Shown here: positions 25,058-33,783 of the stretch, in pieces
Position numbering within the stretch: position 1 is the first letter of the stretch
Layout of the letters: the number at the start of each line of letters is the position of its first letter
Assembly: GCF_055900595.2 (NCBI RefSeq)
Contig: NZ_CM148325.1
DNA: 64,000 nucleotides
Strand: one strand, 5' to 3'
Position numbers and translations under genes: made by a program
Notes under the pieces: generated by a model
Databases searched by the model: none
The model's input: only the letters and a program-made list of their open reading frames with translations
Told to the model about the DNA's origin: nothing

Positions 25058-25504
25058 TTATCTGCCAGCATTGCGGATGATACCCGAAAGCATATCAGAC
25101 ACCGACGGCATCATTCGCTCCCGCAAATCCTCATCACAGCGTTCCATACTGACAGTGAACTCAATTTTTTTGGCCTTACCGTGGCGGTCAAGTTCGCTTC
25201 GCGTTGTGCGGACAGCCGTTATCACATACATGCCGTATATCTGCCCCACACCGTCAATCAGCGGCCATGGGCGGCCAGTGTAAGCCTGCGTCGTTAAAAG
25301 GCTGAGGGAAACCTCACCGCCGGTAATTTCGGGATAAAGCACACCGGACAACGTGATCTGGTCGTCACCCGCCCCGATATACTGCCAGCTGGCCGAACGA
25401 TTGATGCGTTCATTTTTAACGTGGCGCCAGGTTTTATTATGTTGCAGTTGTTGATGAGGCAGCGTGCGCAACTCAAAAACAAACATGCCGTAAATCATCA
25501 TCAT
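25058..25504 (-). CDS. U: Tail protein, P2 gpU-like
   Basis: MMMIYGMFVFELRTLPHQQLQHNKTWRH...ITLSGVLYPEITGG compares with P2 U MMMVLGLFVFMLRTVPYQELQYQRSWRH...ITLSGVLYPELTGG. Confidence 0.85.
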   Translation of the reverse strand: MMMIYGMFVFELRTLPHQQLQHNKTWRHVKNERINRSASWQYIGAGDDQITLSGVLYPEITGGEVSLSLLTTQAYTGRPWPLIDGVGQIYGMYVITAVRTTRSELDRHGKAKKIEFTVSMERCDEDLRERMMPSVSDMLSGIIRNAGR

Positions 25505-25515
25505 GCGAGGTACTC

Positions 25516-28500
25516 CTAATCTCTGTCACGGAAACTACCGACTGTCTGGCGGATACGGCGTTCCATTTCCGCACGGACGGCATCACCCACCATTTTTGCC
25601 AGTTCGCGCGGGTTTTGCGTGTGAACATCATGCAGGTGAATATGCAGTTCGCCAGTTAATCCCCATGGTGCCGGATCACTCTGACGCGGTCGGGGCGATG
25701 CGGGGGATATGGGCTGGCGCACAGCCTCAACCACCGGACGGGATGTTGCCGTTACGACGGGTGTCATTACCGGCGCAATATTGCCGGACACTACCGGTTT
25801 AATTACCGGGGAGAGCGTCGGTATAACATCGCCAGCCATAACCGGTTTGATCGCTGGCGAAATAACCGGAGCAACAGACTCAGCCATGACGGAACTGACA
25901 GGCTGAGGCGCTCTCACTATGCCAGCATCGATAACCAGCATGAGCTCGCGTACTGCCTCAAGGACAGGACGGGATATTGCCGCCATCACTGGTGTCATTA
26001 GCGGGGAGAACGTCGGCATGACATCGTGAGTCATAACCGGTTTGATCACCGGCGAAACCACCGGCGTAATATTACCGGACAGTACCGGACGGACGACCGG
26101 AGGAATAACCGGCACATTATTCACGGACACCACCGGCTTCACGACCGGCGACACGTTCGCCGTGGTGGATATCAGCGGCGAAACACTGACAGGCGGTGGC
26201 GCTGGCAGCGGTGGCAACGAAGGCACACTGACCGACGGCACCTGCGGCAGTCTGACAGGTGGCTCACTGACACTACCCGGTAACAGGGAAGCTGCGCGGT
26301 TAAAGCGTTCCTCCTTCCACTCACCACGAACGGCCAGCGCTTCCGGCAGGTTTTTAAAGATAATATCGCCGGGACCAGTGCGTTTTTTCGCCTGTTTCGC
26401 CTCATCCAGCAGGCCACCGGTGTTATCGACGATTTTATTCAGGCGACGCATGGTGCCGGTATTCTCCCCCGTCAGCGGAGCAGTTGCTGCAGGTGCAGGT
26501 ACTGGCGGCTTTTTGTCTTTGTCATTTTGCGGCGGATTAATGACATTAACATCCGCCAGGAGCATGGCGGCTTTCTCGTTCAGCAGCTCCTTCTGCTTCA
26601 GCTCTTCCGCCTTTTTCCGGGCGCGCTCAACCGCCGACGGAATCAGCCCGAGTTTTTCCAGCACCCGGGTTAATGAGTCAATCAGCAGCGTAACCGGACC
26701 GGTCACCAGATTGCTGATAAACTCCCCGACCTTCTGCCCGAACGTCCGCCCGGCTTCCGTGCACTTGTCCAGCTCATCCTTTGTTGTGCTTACCGGCGCG
26801 AACAAATCCACGAACCACTGCCACACACGCCCGATTGTCTGCCCGACATACTCAAACAATGGTCCCAGTGGTGCCACAGCCTCGCGCAGTGGCGTAAGCC
26901 CCTGCCACAGGCCGGACAAGAACCCGCCCACGACAGCCTTCAGCTGGTCCCAGTGCCGCCAGATAAGCACTGCCGCACCGACCAGTGTCGCCACCACAAG
27001 GCCCACCGGACTTAACAGAAAACCCAGCGCCCCGCCAAGTGCGCCCACCGCACCACTCACCATCCCCCACAGTGCGGGCAGACCTGACAGTCTGAGCGCC
27101 AGTATTCCGATACCGCGCCCCAGTGAAATCAGTGCGCCGCCAGGTGAAGTGAACGCAGCCAGCAGACCACCACGCAGCGCGCCAAGTCCCGCCTGCACAC
27201 CACGAAGCCGCCCCGCAACTACGCCCAGCAGTGCAGCAAACCGTCCGGCACCGGAGGTGATACCGACAAACAGCACGCGCCAGCCACCGATACCGCCCAG
27301 CGGACCACCGAGTACGCCGCGCAGCTGCGTCAGTAACGGCAGCGCACGACCGAGGCCGGATGTGCCGGTCAGCAGGGCAAACCCAAGACGCAGTTTTGCC
27401 AGCGGCCCCATCAACACACCAGTGGCAAGTGACAGCGCCCCCATGGCCGCAACCGCAGCCAGCAGTGCACCACCGGCAATCAGCAGTTGTTTTGTCAGTT
27501 CAGGGTGCGCCTGGGCCAGCGCGGTGACTTTCGCAATAACCCGGGTGAACGACTGCGTGACAGAACGCAGCGGCCCGTCAACGAGGTCAGCGACACGGAT
27601 ACGCAGCCCTTCCCATGCGCTGTTCAGTGATTTCAGGTCGCCGTCCAGGTTGTCCGCCATGATTCTGGCGTTTTCTTCCAGTTCGCCGTTCGCTGCCTGA
27701 ATCTCACGCGTCAGGCGCGGCAGGTTTTTTTCGCCTGCCTGTTCAACCAGGCTCATCAGGGAGACATACGCCTCCTGCCCGGCAATATCTGAAAAGAACG
27801 AGACTTTTGCCGCGTTACCGTATTTACGGGTGGCCTGATACAGCTCATACAGGATATCTTCCATCGGGCGCATGTTCCCGTAAGCATCCTGCGTTTCCAC
27901 GCCCAGCTGTTTCAGCGCCTTTGCTGCCGCTTTAGGCGGGTTCACAAGGCGGGACAGACTGGAGCGCAGCGCCGTACCAGCATCACTGCCACGTATCCCC
28001 ATCGACCCAAGCAACCCGGTCATGGCTGCGGTCTGTTCAAGAGACAGACCGAGTGAGGCGGCGACCGGTCCCGTATATTTCATCGTCTCACCAAGCCCGC
28101 GCAGGTCGGTATTGGTGCGGGTGAACGTTGCGGCCAGCGTGTCACCCACGCGGTTCATCTGGTCGGCAGACAACCCGAACTGCGTAAGGATATTTGAGCT
28201 GATATCGGCCGTCTGACCGAGGTCCATGCCGCTGGCCGTTGCCAGATTCAGCACGCCGGGAAGAGCCGCCTGTATCGCCTGCGGCGTGAACCCCGCCATG
28301 GCAAGGAACGCCTGACCGCTGGCAGCATCACCTGCGGTAAACTGCGTTTCGGAGCCGAGTTTAAGCGCCTGTTCGCGCAGCGCCTTAAACTGCGGACTGT
28401 TTTTGTCAATACGGGTCAGCGCCTGGACGCGCGACATCTCCTTACCAAAACTGACCGCCGGTTGCAGGAAACGCCCGGCCGCATAGCCACCTGCCGCTGC

Positions 28501-29058
28501 CGTGCCGACTGCCGTAAATCCACCCGCTTTCAGTTTTCCCGCCATCTCCTGAGCGCGGAAATATTGCTGGCGTGCCTGCGTGACGCGTGCCAGAGTCTGC
28601 CGTTCACGTTCCAGCTGTTCGTTGTATTGCTGTGTTCGCCGTATGGCCTGTTGAATGGTGTTGTCACTGCCGGAAAGCGCAATACCGTGACGCCGCAGCT
28701 CACCACCCAGTTCGCGCATTCGCTGAACTTCACGCGCACGGACCTCATTGAGACGCTCAAGTTTGAGGCTCAAATCGTTCATCAGCTTTTTCTGTTTGTC
28801 AGACAGCACGGTTCCGGCGCGCTGAATTTGCTGAAGTGCGCTTAACTGGCGTTGTGCCCGGGCAATGCCGTTTCCGGCCTTGTTTGCAGCCTCGCGGGCG
28901 CGATCAAATGAACGGGCGTGGCGTTCCAGGTTTTTGATCGCACCCTGCGTTCTCTGTATGGAGTCGCCAAGCTGGCCCATCATGCGACGGGCGTTTTCGG
29001 TGGGACGGGTCAGCCTGTCAACAGCGCTGAAGGCGACCCGTATATCAAGCGTTTTCAT
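25516..29058 (-). CDS. T: Tail tape-measure protein, gpT-like (about 1180 aa from the ATG at 29058; the track start at 29094 is GTG)
   Basis: Long helical, Ala/Gly/Leu-rich protein with a central hydrophobic region, between E/E' and U. The C-terminal third carries P/V-rich tandem repeats. Confidence 0.9.
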   Translation of the reverse strand: MKTLDIRVAFSAVDRLTRPTENARRMMGQLGDSIQRTQGAIKNLERHARSFDRAREAANKAGNGIARAQRQLSALQQIQRAGTVLSDKQKKLMNDLSLKLERLNEVRAREVQRMRELGGELRRHGIALSGSDNTIQQAIRRTQQYNEQLERERQTLARVTQARQQYFRAQEMAGKLKAGGFTAVGTAAAGGYAAGRFLQPAVSFGKEMSRVQALTRIDKNSPQFKALREQALKLGSETQFTAGDAASGQAFLAMAGFTPQAIQAALPGVLNLATASGMDLGQTADISSNILTQFGLSADQMNRVGDTLAATFTRTNTDLRGLGETMKYTGPVAASLGLSLEQTAAMTGLLGSMGIRGSDAGTALRSSLSRLVNPPKAAAKALKQLGVETQDAYGNMRPMEDILYELYQATRKYGNAAKVSFFSDIAGQEAYVSLMSLVEQAGEKNLPRLTREIQAANGELEENARIMADNLDGDLKSLNSAWEGLRIRVADLVDGPLRSVTQSFTRVIAKVTALAQAHPELTKQLLIAGGALLAAVAAMGALSLATGVLMGPLAKLRLGFALLTGTSGLGRALPLLTQLRGVLGGPLGGIGGWRVLFVGITSGAGRFAALLGVVAGRLRGVQAGLGALRGGLLAAFTSPGGALISLGRGIGILALRLSGLPALWGMVSGAVGALGGALGFLLSPVGLVVATLVGAAVLIWRHWDQLKAVVGGFLSGLWQGLTPLREAVAPLGPLFEYVGQTIGRVWQWFVDLFAPVSTTKDELDKCTEAGRTFGQKVGEFISNLVTGPVTLLIDSLTRVLEKLGLIPSAVERARKKAEELKQKELLNEKAAMLLADVNVINPPQNDKDKKPPVPAPAATAPLTGENTGTMRRLNKIVDNTGGLLDEAKQAKKRTGPGDIIFKNLPEALAVRGEWKEERFNRAASLLPGSVSEPPVRLPQVPSVSVPSLPPLPAPPPVSVSPLISTTANVSPVVKPVVSVNNVPVIPPVVRPVLSGNITPVVSPVIKPVMTHDVMPTFSPLMTPVMAAISRPVLEAVRELMLVIDAGIVRAPQPVSSVMAESVAPVISPAIKPVMAGDVIPTLSPVIKPVVSGNIAPVMTPVVTATSRPVVEAVRQPISPASPRPRQSDPAPWGLTGELHIHLHDVHTQNPRELAKMVGDAVRAEMERRIRQTVGSFRDRD

Positions 29059-29571
29059 GCTCTGCGTTCCCGCTGCGAAGGGCCGCCCGCTCACGCCAGG
29101 CGACCACCTCGCCGGGATCCATCAGGAAGATTTCAGCGGGAGACCAGTTGAAAATAACGGCGATATCCGCCACAAAGTCTTCAATATGCTCAAAGGGCAC
29201 GACGGTTATCAGCCTGCCGTCGCCGCCACGCTCTTCCCGCCAGAGTCCTGACCGGCCAAAAAATTAACCGCCACCCCGCACAGCTGAATAAAATCAGCGG
29301 ACCCCATGCGCTTAAGCAGAACCTCGTCCAGTCGCGGCGAAGTGACGCGCGGGAGTAACTCAAACATCGCGTCCGTTTTCATGTTCAGCACGTCAAGCAG
29401 TGACAGCCCGCGCAGTGAACCGGCCTGCTGTACAGCAGGCGTGATTTCCACATACGTGATTTTTTTGTTACCGAGCACAAGGGGCGTTTTCAGCGTCACG
29501 CCGCGCTCACTGGTCACGTCCGCCGCATCAGCACCGTCAGTAACAGGGGCAACAACCGGATTTTCTTTCAT
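29045..29571 (-). CDS. gpE+E' fusion made by a -1 programmed frameshift
   Basis: The slippery heptamer T TTT TTG lies on the minus strand at 29263-29257 in the E frame. The -1 frame stays open for 70 further codons (FFGRSGLWREER...WSPAEIFLMDPGEVVAWRERAALRSGNAEHENA) and stops at 29047-29045, overlapping the T start. This is the established arrangement in P2-like and many other tailed phages. Confidence 0.75.
29209..29571 (-). CDS. E: Tail assembly chaperone, P2 gpE-like
   Basis: Position between FII and T. It contains the conserved slippery site near its 3' end. Confidence 0.85.
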   Translation of the reverse strand: MKENPVVAPVTDGADAADVTSERGVTLKTPLVLGNKKITYVEITPAVQQAGSLRGLSLLDVLNMKTDAMFELLPRVTSPRLDEVLLKRMGSADFIQLCGVAVNFLAGQDSGGKSVAATAG

Positions 29572-29621
29572 GAATAAAACCTCAAATCAGGGGGCGACGC
29601 CACGCGCCGCCGTGGAAAACA

Positions 29622-30140
29622 TTAACCACCAAGACCAATCGCCGAGCGCACGCGGTCCGGGAAGACGCTTTTGCCGTCCTTGCGTTCGATGTGGTTCAGT
29701 AAATCAATCTCCAGCACCGGACGGTCGTTAATGCTGAGTTTGTAGTAGGTACTTTTGACCGCATAGGTGTGAGACGTGACCTCACCCTGTTTGGCCTCCC
29801 CGGTATCAATTTCCGTCACGCGACCGCGAAGCTCAATCTCGTACAGGTCACTCTGTTCTTCATCGTTGTAGTACTCACCGACAAAGCGCAGCAGCGTACC
29901 GTCAATCGTTCCGCCGTACTTGAGGAACAGTTCGCGGGTCGGCCCGCCCATGGTGAAACTCGCATCCAGCGCGCCGTCATCCAGGCCAAGGTCGATATTT
30001 ACTGCACCGGCCATACCACCACCGCGATAGGCTTCCGTTTTACGGGTCAGTTTGGGGGCCGTGAAGCCGGTCACTCTGCCAATCTGGTTCACCCCGTCAG
30101 TAAACAGCGTGAACACCCTGAGATTTTTTGGTACGGCCAT
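29622..30140 (-). CDS. FII: Tail tube protein, P2 FII-like
   Basis: ..PKLTRKTEAYRGGGMAGAVNIDLGLDD.AL......GG and EIDTGEAKQGE match remembered P2 FII. Confidence 0.9.
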   Translation of the reverse strand: MAVPKNLRVFTLFTDGVNQIGRVTGFTAPKLTRKTEAYRGGGMAGAVNIDLGLDDGALDASFTMGGPTRELFLKYGGTIDGTLLRFVGEYYNDEEQSDLYEIELRGRVTEIDTGEAKQGEVTSHTYAVKSTYYKLSINDRPVLEIDLLNHIERKDGKSVFPDRVRSAIGLGG

Positions 30141-31423
30141 TAAGCACCTCCAAGCGTCGCAAATGCAGGACCAAAGAATTCATCAGTAAACGTCTGGTAA
30201 AGTTCCATATCCTCAAGCGGCGGAACGGGCGTGTACTTGTAGCGGATACGCACGCGTCCCTGACGAAGTTCCGTGGTGCTGTTATCCACCACGTCATACC
30301 AGCACTCCGCACCAACGAGACGTCCTGACGTAACCAGCGCATCCAGTTTTGCGCGAATTGCGCTTAACACGTCTTTCACATTAGCAGGGGTCAGCGGGGC
30401 ATCAATCGTTTCAAACTGCGCTTCCGCAACAGAATCAGCCAGCACCTGAGCGGTTCGCGTGTACACCTCAAAGATATACGCCTTCGTTTCCGGCGTACGG
30501 TTGCCCCAGAAGCGGAAACCGTTACGGCGAATGATGGTGGTGATTTCCTTGTTGTTGAGATTGTTGGCATCGCTGTCTTCGGACTGAAGGGACCAGAACA
30601 CCGGGCTGGAAATACCCAGCACATTTCTTACCGGCACGTTGGACAGCGATTTATGCCAGCCCTGTTCGTGGTCAATACGTGCACGTAAACCGCAGGCGTA
30701 CGCCGCAGCCGGGAAGACCTCATTAGCGCCGGATTTCGGGTTATGGGCGATGAAGTCAGGCCAGAGCAGCATAAGTTCGCGCTCGTTAAATCTGGCGCGG
30801 TAGCTGATTGCATCAGCGGGCTTCTTGCAGTTGTGACAGCCCGCGTAGACAAATGCGCGAAGTTTTTCTGCAATTACACACAGGGATTTTGTGACAGCTT
30901 CAGTATCCAGTCCGGGCGCTGCGATGATGCGCGGACGGTAACCGATGGCATCATCCTGTTCAGCTATCAGAAGTGCATACATACCGGTATAATTACCGTC
31001 GTCATCCGTGCCACCAATGACATACTGGTCCTGCGTTTTGTGTGGGTATACAGGATGTGCATCTTCAGACTCATCAATACCAAAAAATGCCCTGTCTTCA
31101 GGATCCAGATGACCGAATGATGTAACTCCTGTATCCGGGGCGCCCTGAGAACTGGCATCAGGAACGCGCACCACAATCACCTTCGTGCTCACCTGGTCGG
31201 CGACAGCCTTAAGTGAACGGTACAGCGTGCCCTTTGTGCCGGTCTTACCCAGCACATCACTGACGCGGGTCAGCAGTATGGGTTTGTTCAGCGGGAACAG
31301 AGTTTCATCCGCGTCATCTGCCGTAGCCACAATACCAATAACACTGGAATCCACATCATTAATGGCGGTGGTAAGGCCGGTACTTTCCCTTACGCGCGCA
31401 CCATGAAAGCGTGTTTCACTCAT
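30140..31423 (-). CDS. FI: Contractile tail sheath protein, P2 FI-like
   Basis: From the ATG at 31423: ..DADETLFPLNKPILLT, RELMLLWPDF, LRARIDHEQGWHKSLSNV, IRRNGFRFWGNRT and YTRTAQVLAD all parallel P2 FI. Confidence 0.9.
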   Translation of the reverse strand: MSETRFHGARVRESTGLTTAINDVDSSVIGIVATADDADETLFPLNKPILLTRVSDVLGKTGTKGTLYRSLKAVADQVSTKVIVVRVPDASSQGAPDTGVTSFGHLDPEDRAFFGIDESEDAHPVYPHKTQDQYVIGGTDDDGNYTGMYALLIAEQDDAIGYRPRIIAAPGLDTEAVTKSLCVIAEKLRAFVYAGCHNCKKPADAISYRARFNERELMLLWPDFIAHNPKSGANEVFPAAAYACGLRARIDHEQGWHKSLSNVPVRNVLGISSPVFWSLQSEDSDANNLNNKEITTIIRRNGFRFWGNRTPETKAYIFEVYTRTAQVLADSVAEAQFETIDAPLTPANVKDVLSAIRAKLDALVTSGRLVGAECWYDVVDNSTTELRQGRVRIRYKYTPVPPLEDMELYQTFTDEFFGPAFATLGGA

Positions 31424-31507
31424 ATGTTTCACCCTTGTCTGGCTGGTTGATTTTGCGTAATCATTACCCACGATGCCGCCGGTATCATCTCCTGCCCGTT
31501 CTCACCG

Positions 31508-31523
31508 TTCGCTTACAACAAAC
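31508..31523. promoter_or_regulatory. Second copy of the late-promoter 16-mer, in the FI/D divergent gap
   Basis: TTCGCTTACAACAAAC is identical to 14791-14806. Here only the ACA half of the TGT-N12-ACA dyad is perfect (TCT-N12-ACA). CATGAC lies 40 nt downstream; in the O promoter region CATGAG lies 41 nt downstream. Confidence 0.45.
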
Positions 31524-31583
31524 AGCCGTTCACCACGGTCGCACGCCGTGAAAACATGACGGGACACACCACGAGGGCAGACC

Positions 31584-32675
31584 ATGACCGACCTGTTAAT
31601 CAACGTTCCGTCACCGGATATCGAAATCACCATCAACAACAACAGACTCCGTAACGTCACGGAGCGGCTCATGACGCTGTCACTGACCGACAACCGGGGC
31701 TTTGAGGCGGACCGCGTCACCCTGACCATTGACGACGCGGACGGGCAGCTTCAGCTGGCACAGCGCGGCGCACGCCTGAACGTGATGATTGGCTGGCGCG
31801 GGGAGGCGCTGGTTAACAAGGGTGTCTACATCGTTGATGAAGTGACGTGGGAAGGCCCGCCGGACAAACTGACCATCACCGCCAGCAGCGCCGATTTTCG
31901 CGAAGAGTTCAACGTGAAGCGTGAAGTCTCCTGGCACGACGTGACGGTAAAACAGGTTGTGTCAGCCATCGCGCACCGCTACGGCCTGAAAGCACAGATA
32001 AGCGATATCCTCATGGATATCGAAATTGACCACGCAGACCAGACCGAAGAGAGCGATATATCCTTCCTGACCCGCATGGCTGAAATGCTGGGTGCGATTG
32101 CCACCGTAAAAAACGGCAGCCTGTTATTCATTCTGCCGGGTGGCGGAACCGGGCCGGACGGAAGAGCCCTGCCTTCGTTCGCCATTACCCGCAGCAGCGG
32201 CGACAGTCACCGCTTTCGCATTGCTGACCGTGATGCGTATACGGGGGTCCGGGCGCACTGGCTCGATCTGAAGTTCGGGCAAAAGAAAAAAGTGAACGTG
32301 AAGCGACGCAGGGAAGCCGGGAAACAGAAACAGGAGAAGAGCAGCAGCCGGGAAGGTGATTACATGGAGGGCGCGGAAGGGAACGTCTACGTTCTGCGCA
32401 GGACTTACCAGAATGAAGAAACCGCACGACGTGCAGCAGCTGCAAAGTGGCAGGAACTACAGCGGGGCGCGGCATCATTCTCCATCACGCTGGCGCGCGG
32501 TCGTGCCGACCTGTACCCTGAAATGCACGGCAGGGTAACAGGTTTTAAAAGCGAGGTGGACAATCAGGACTGGATTATTGCCAGGGTGGAGCACAGCATA
32601 GATGAAAGCGGCTTCACCACACAACTGGAGCTGGAAGCGAAAATCCCCGAATGGATAGCAGATTCAGGCGGATAA
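31584..32675 (+). CDS. D: Late tail/baseplate hub protein, P2 gpD-like
   Basis: ..MTLSLTDNRGFEADRVTLTIDDADGQ, SWHD, GDYMEG, KW..LQRG.A.FSI.LA.GRADLY match remembered P2 D. Confidence 0.9.
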   Translation: MTDLLINVPSPDIEITINNNRLRNVTERLMTLSLTDNRGFEADRVTLTIDDADGQLQLAQRGARLNVMIGWRGEALVNKGVYIVDEVTWEGPPDKLTITASSADFREEFNVKREVSWHDVTVKQVVSAIAHRYGLKAQISDILMDIEIDHADQTEESDISFLTRMAEMLGAIATVKNGSLLFILPGGGTGPDGRALPSFAITRSSGDSHRFRIADRDAYTGVRAHWLDLKFGQKKKVNVKRRREAGKQKQEKSSSREGDYMEGAEGNVYVLRRTYQNEETARRAAAAKWQELQRGAASFSITLARGRADLYPEMHGRVTGFKSEVDNQDWIIARVEHSIDESGFTTQLELEAKIPEWIADSGG

Positions 32676-32718
32676 AATTAAAATGAGCCATCTCCACTCA
32701 GCCAGATAAGGAGAAGCC

Positions 32719-32970
32719 ATGTTCCGTTGTCCCCTGTGCGGTGCATCCGCACGTATCCGCACCAGTCGCAATGAAAATGATTCAGGCACAGTTCGCCTGA
32801 AGTACTACCAGTGCAATAACCTCGAATGCGGGATCGGCTTTACCACACTGGAGGGTTTTAACAAATTCACATCAAAACGCGCCCCGTCGCCGCAGGGTAC
32901 AGAGCGGATACCGTGGGAAGATTTTCCGGGATCTCACAGGGGGAATGCTCAGATGAATCTTGATATTTAA
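32719..32970 (+). CDS. ogr: Late transcription activator, Ogr/Delta zinc-finger family
   Basis: MFRCPLCGASARIRTSR.......RLKYYQCNNLECG..FTT compares with P2 Ogr MFHCPLCQHAAHARTSR....ERYHQCQNVNCSATFIT (C-X2-C...C-X4-C). Confidence 0.85.
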   Translation: MFRCPLCGASARIRTSRNENDSGTVRLKYYQCNNLECGIGFTTLEGFNKFTSKRAPSPQGTERIPWEDFPGSHRGNAQMNLDI

Positions 32971-33019
32971 GAACAATAATCAGGTTGAGAGGACATCATA
33001 AGGCAAGTAGATTAACGGC

Positions 33020-33114
33020 AGATACTTTCCCGCAACCACGGGCAAGTATTTAATTATCCATGATGAAATATGACCTAAATTGTTTTTTGCCCGCCGGAAA
33101 GCGGGCATTTTTTT
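33020..33114 (+). ncRNA. sRNA-like module A (also an attR-core candidate)
   Basis: Promoter-like TTGAGA (32985-32990), 17-nt spacer, TAGATT (33008-33013). Extended stem-loop at 33020-33051. AU-rich single strand, then terminator GCCCGC-CGGAAA-GCGGGC followed by A and U7 (33089-33114). Confidence 0.35.
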
Positions 33115-33328
33115 ATTCTTTTGTGGTTATGGGGTCATCAGGAACCACGTGCAGATTATATTTTTGTTTTTTTGGCGTTCCTCCGGCAGCAACGAGTTCA
33201 TCAATAAGACACTGACACGCCTGAACATCCCGGGCATGTCTTAGTTTCACCTTTATTGATTTAACCTTATCCTCACCGGAGGAGAAATGCAGTTCAATCT
33301 CAATATCGTTTCTTCGGAACAATCTCAT
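33113..33328 (-). CDS. Small protein orf71 (71 aa), unknown family; paralogue of orf73
   Basis: G-rich SD (CAGGGGGG) 4 nt before the ATG. MRLFRRNDIEIELHFSSGEDKVKSIKVKLRHARDVQACQCLIDELVAAGGT... aligns by eye with orf73. AT-rich cassette. Confidence 0.45.
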   Translation of the reverse strand: MRLFRRNDIEIELHFSSGEDKVKSIKVKLRHARDVQACQCLIDELVAAGGTPKKQKYNLHVVPDDPITTKE

Positions 33329-33423
33329 ACGCCCCCCTGAACATATCAGAAATGCTAGTATCGAAAAATGAGAAAACAGTTAGACAGGAGAAACATATTA
33401 ACACAAATCATTTATACCTATAG

Positions 33424-33441
33424 ATGAAATTATAATTTCAT
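33424..33441. promoter_or_regulatory. Perfect 18-bp palindrome in the orf71 / module-B divergent gap
   Basis: ATGAAATTA|TAATTTCAT. It contains TATAAT on both strands. Candidate operator. Confidence 0.3.
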
Positions 33442-33500
33442 TCATGAATATGATAGATAACTATATTGTGAACAAAATGAAAAATGGCTAAATTAAAAAT

Positions 33501-33581
33501 GGGCATGGAGGAATGCCTCGTAATCAGTAATACATGATCCATACTTCCTTGTTTTGCCCGCCGGAAAGCGGGCATTTTTTT
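33501..33581 (+). ncRNA. sRNA-like module B
   Basis: TTGTGA (33466-33471), 17-nt spacer, TAAATT (33489-33494). 5' hairpin GGCAU-GGAGGA-AUGCC. Its terminator is identical to that of module A (33556-33581). Confidence 0.3.
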
Positions 33582-33685
33582 GGCGGTTACCATCGCCTCA
33601 CCTTCCTGGTTCACACAAAGCAACCCTGATTTTCCATGAAAACTTCAGGGTTGAGCCAAAAGCACAAAGACAGTAGATTAACCAA

Positions 33686-33783
33686 GGGTACCCGCCACCT
33701 GCCAACAGGAACGGTATCCAGTACGTATTAATGACTGACAATTCACATTGCTGTTTTGCCCGCCAGAAGGTGGGCATTTTTTT
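33686..33783 (+). ncRNA. sRNA-like module C
   Basis: TTGAGC (33651-33656), 17-nt spacer, TAGATT (33674-33679). Stem GGGUACC/GGUAUCC (33686-33692 / 33713-33719) encloses CCUG-CCAA-CAGG. Terminator GCCCGCC-AGAA-GGUGGGC followed by U-run (33758-33783). Confidence 0.35.

Larger units (their letters stand above)
1..33114. mobile_element. P2-like prophage. The left end is outside the window. The right end is provisional and could extend to about 34329
   Basis: Gene order is collinear with P2: int-C-cox-A ... Q P O N M L X lysis R S V W J I H G, tail genes, D, ogr. The core gene copA begins right after. The first att-core-like terminator after ogr ends at 33114 and the last one before the copA promoter ends at 34329. 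Confidence 0.85.

Noticed and set aside
26042-27700. A 552-aa plus-strand ORF antisense to the tape-measure gene.
   Set aside because: It is a shadow ORF of a GC-rich, repeat-rich gene, with extreme S/T/P/A/G low complexity. The same applies to 6641-7588 (antisense to A), 44046-45005 (antisense to gsk), 48377-49789 (antisense to htpG) and 14007-14843 (antisense to P).
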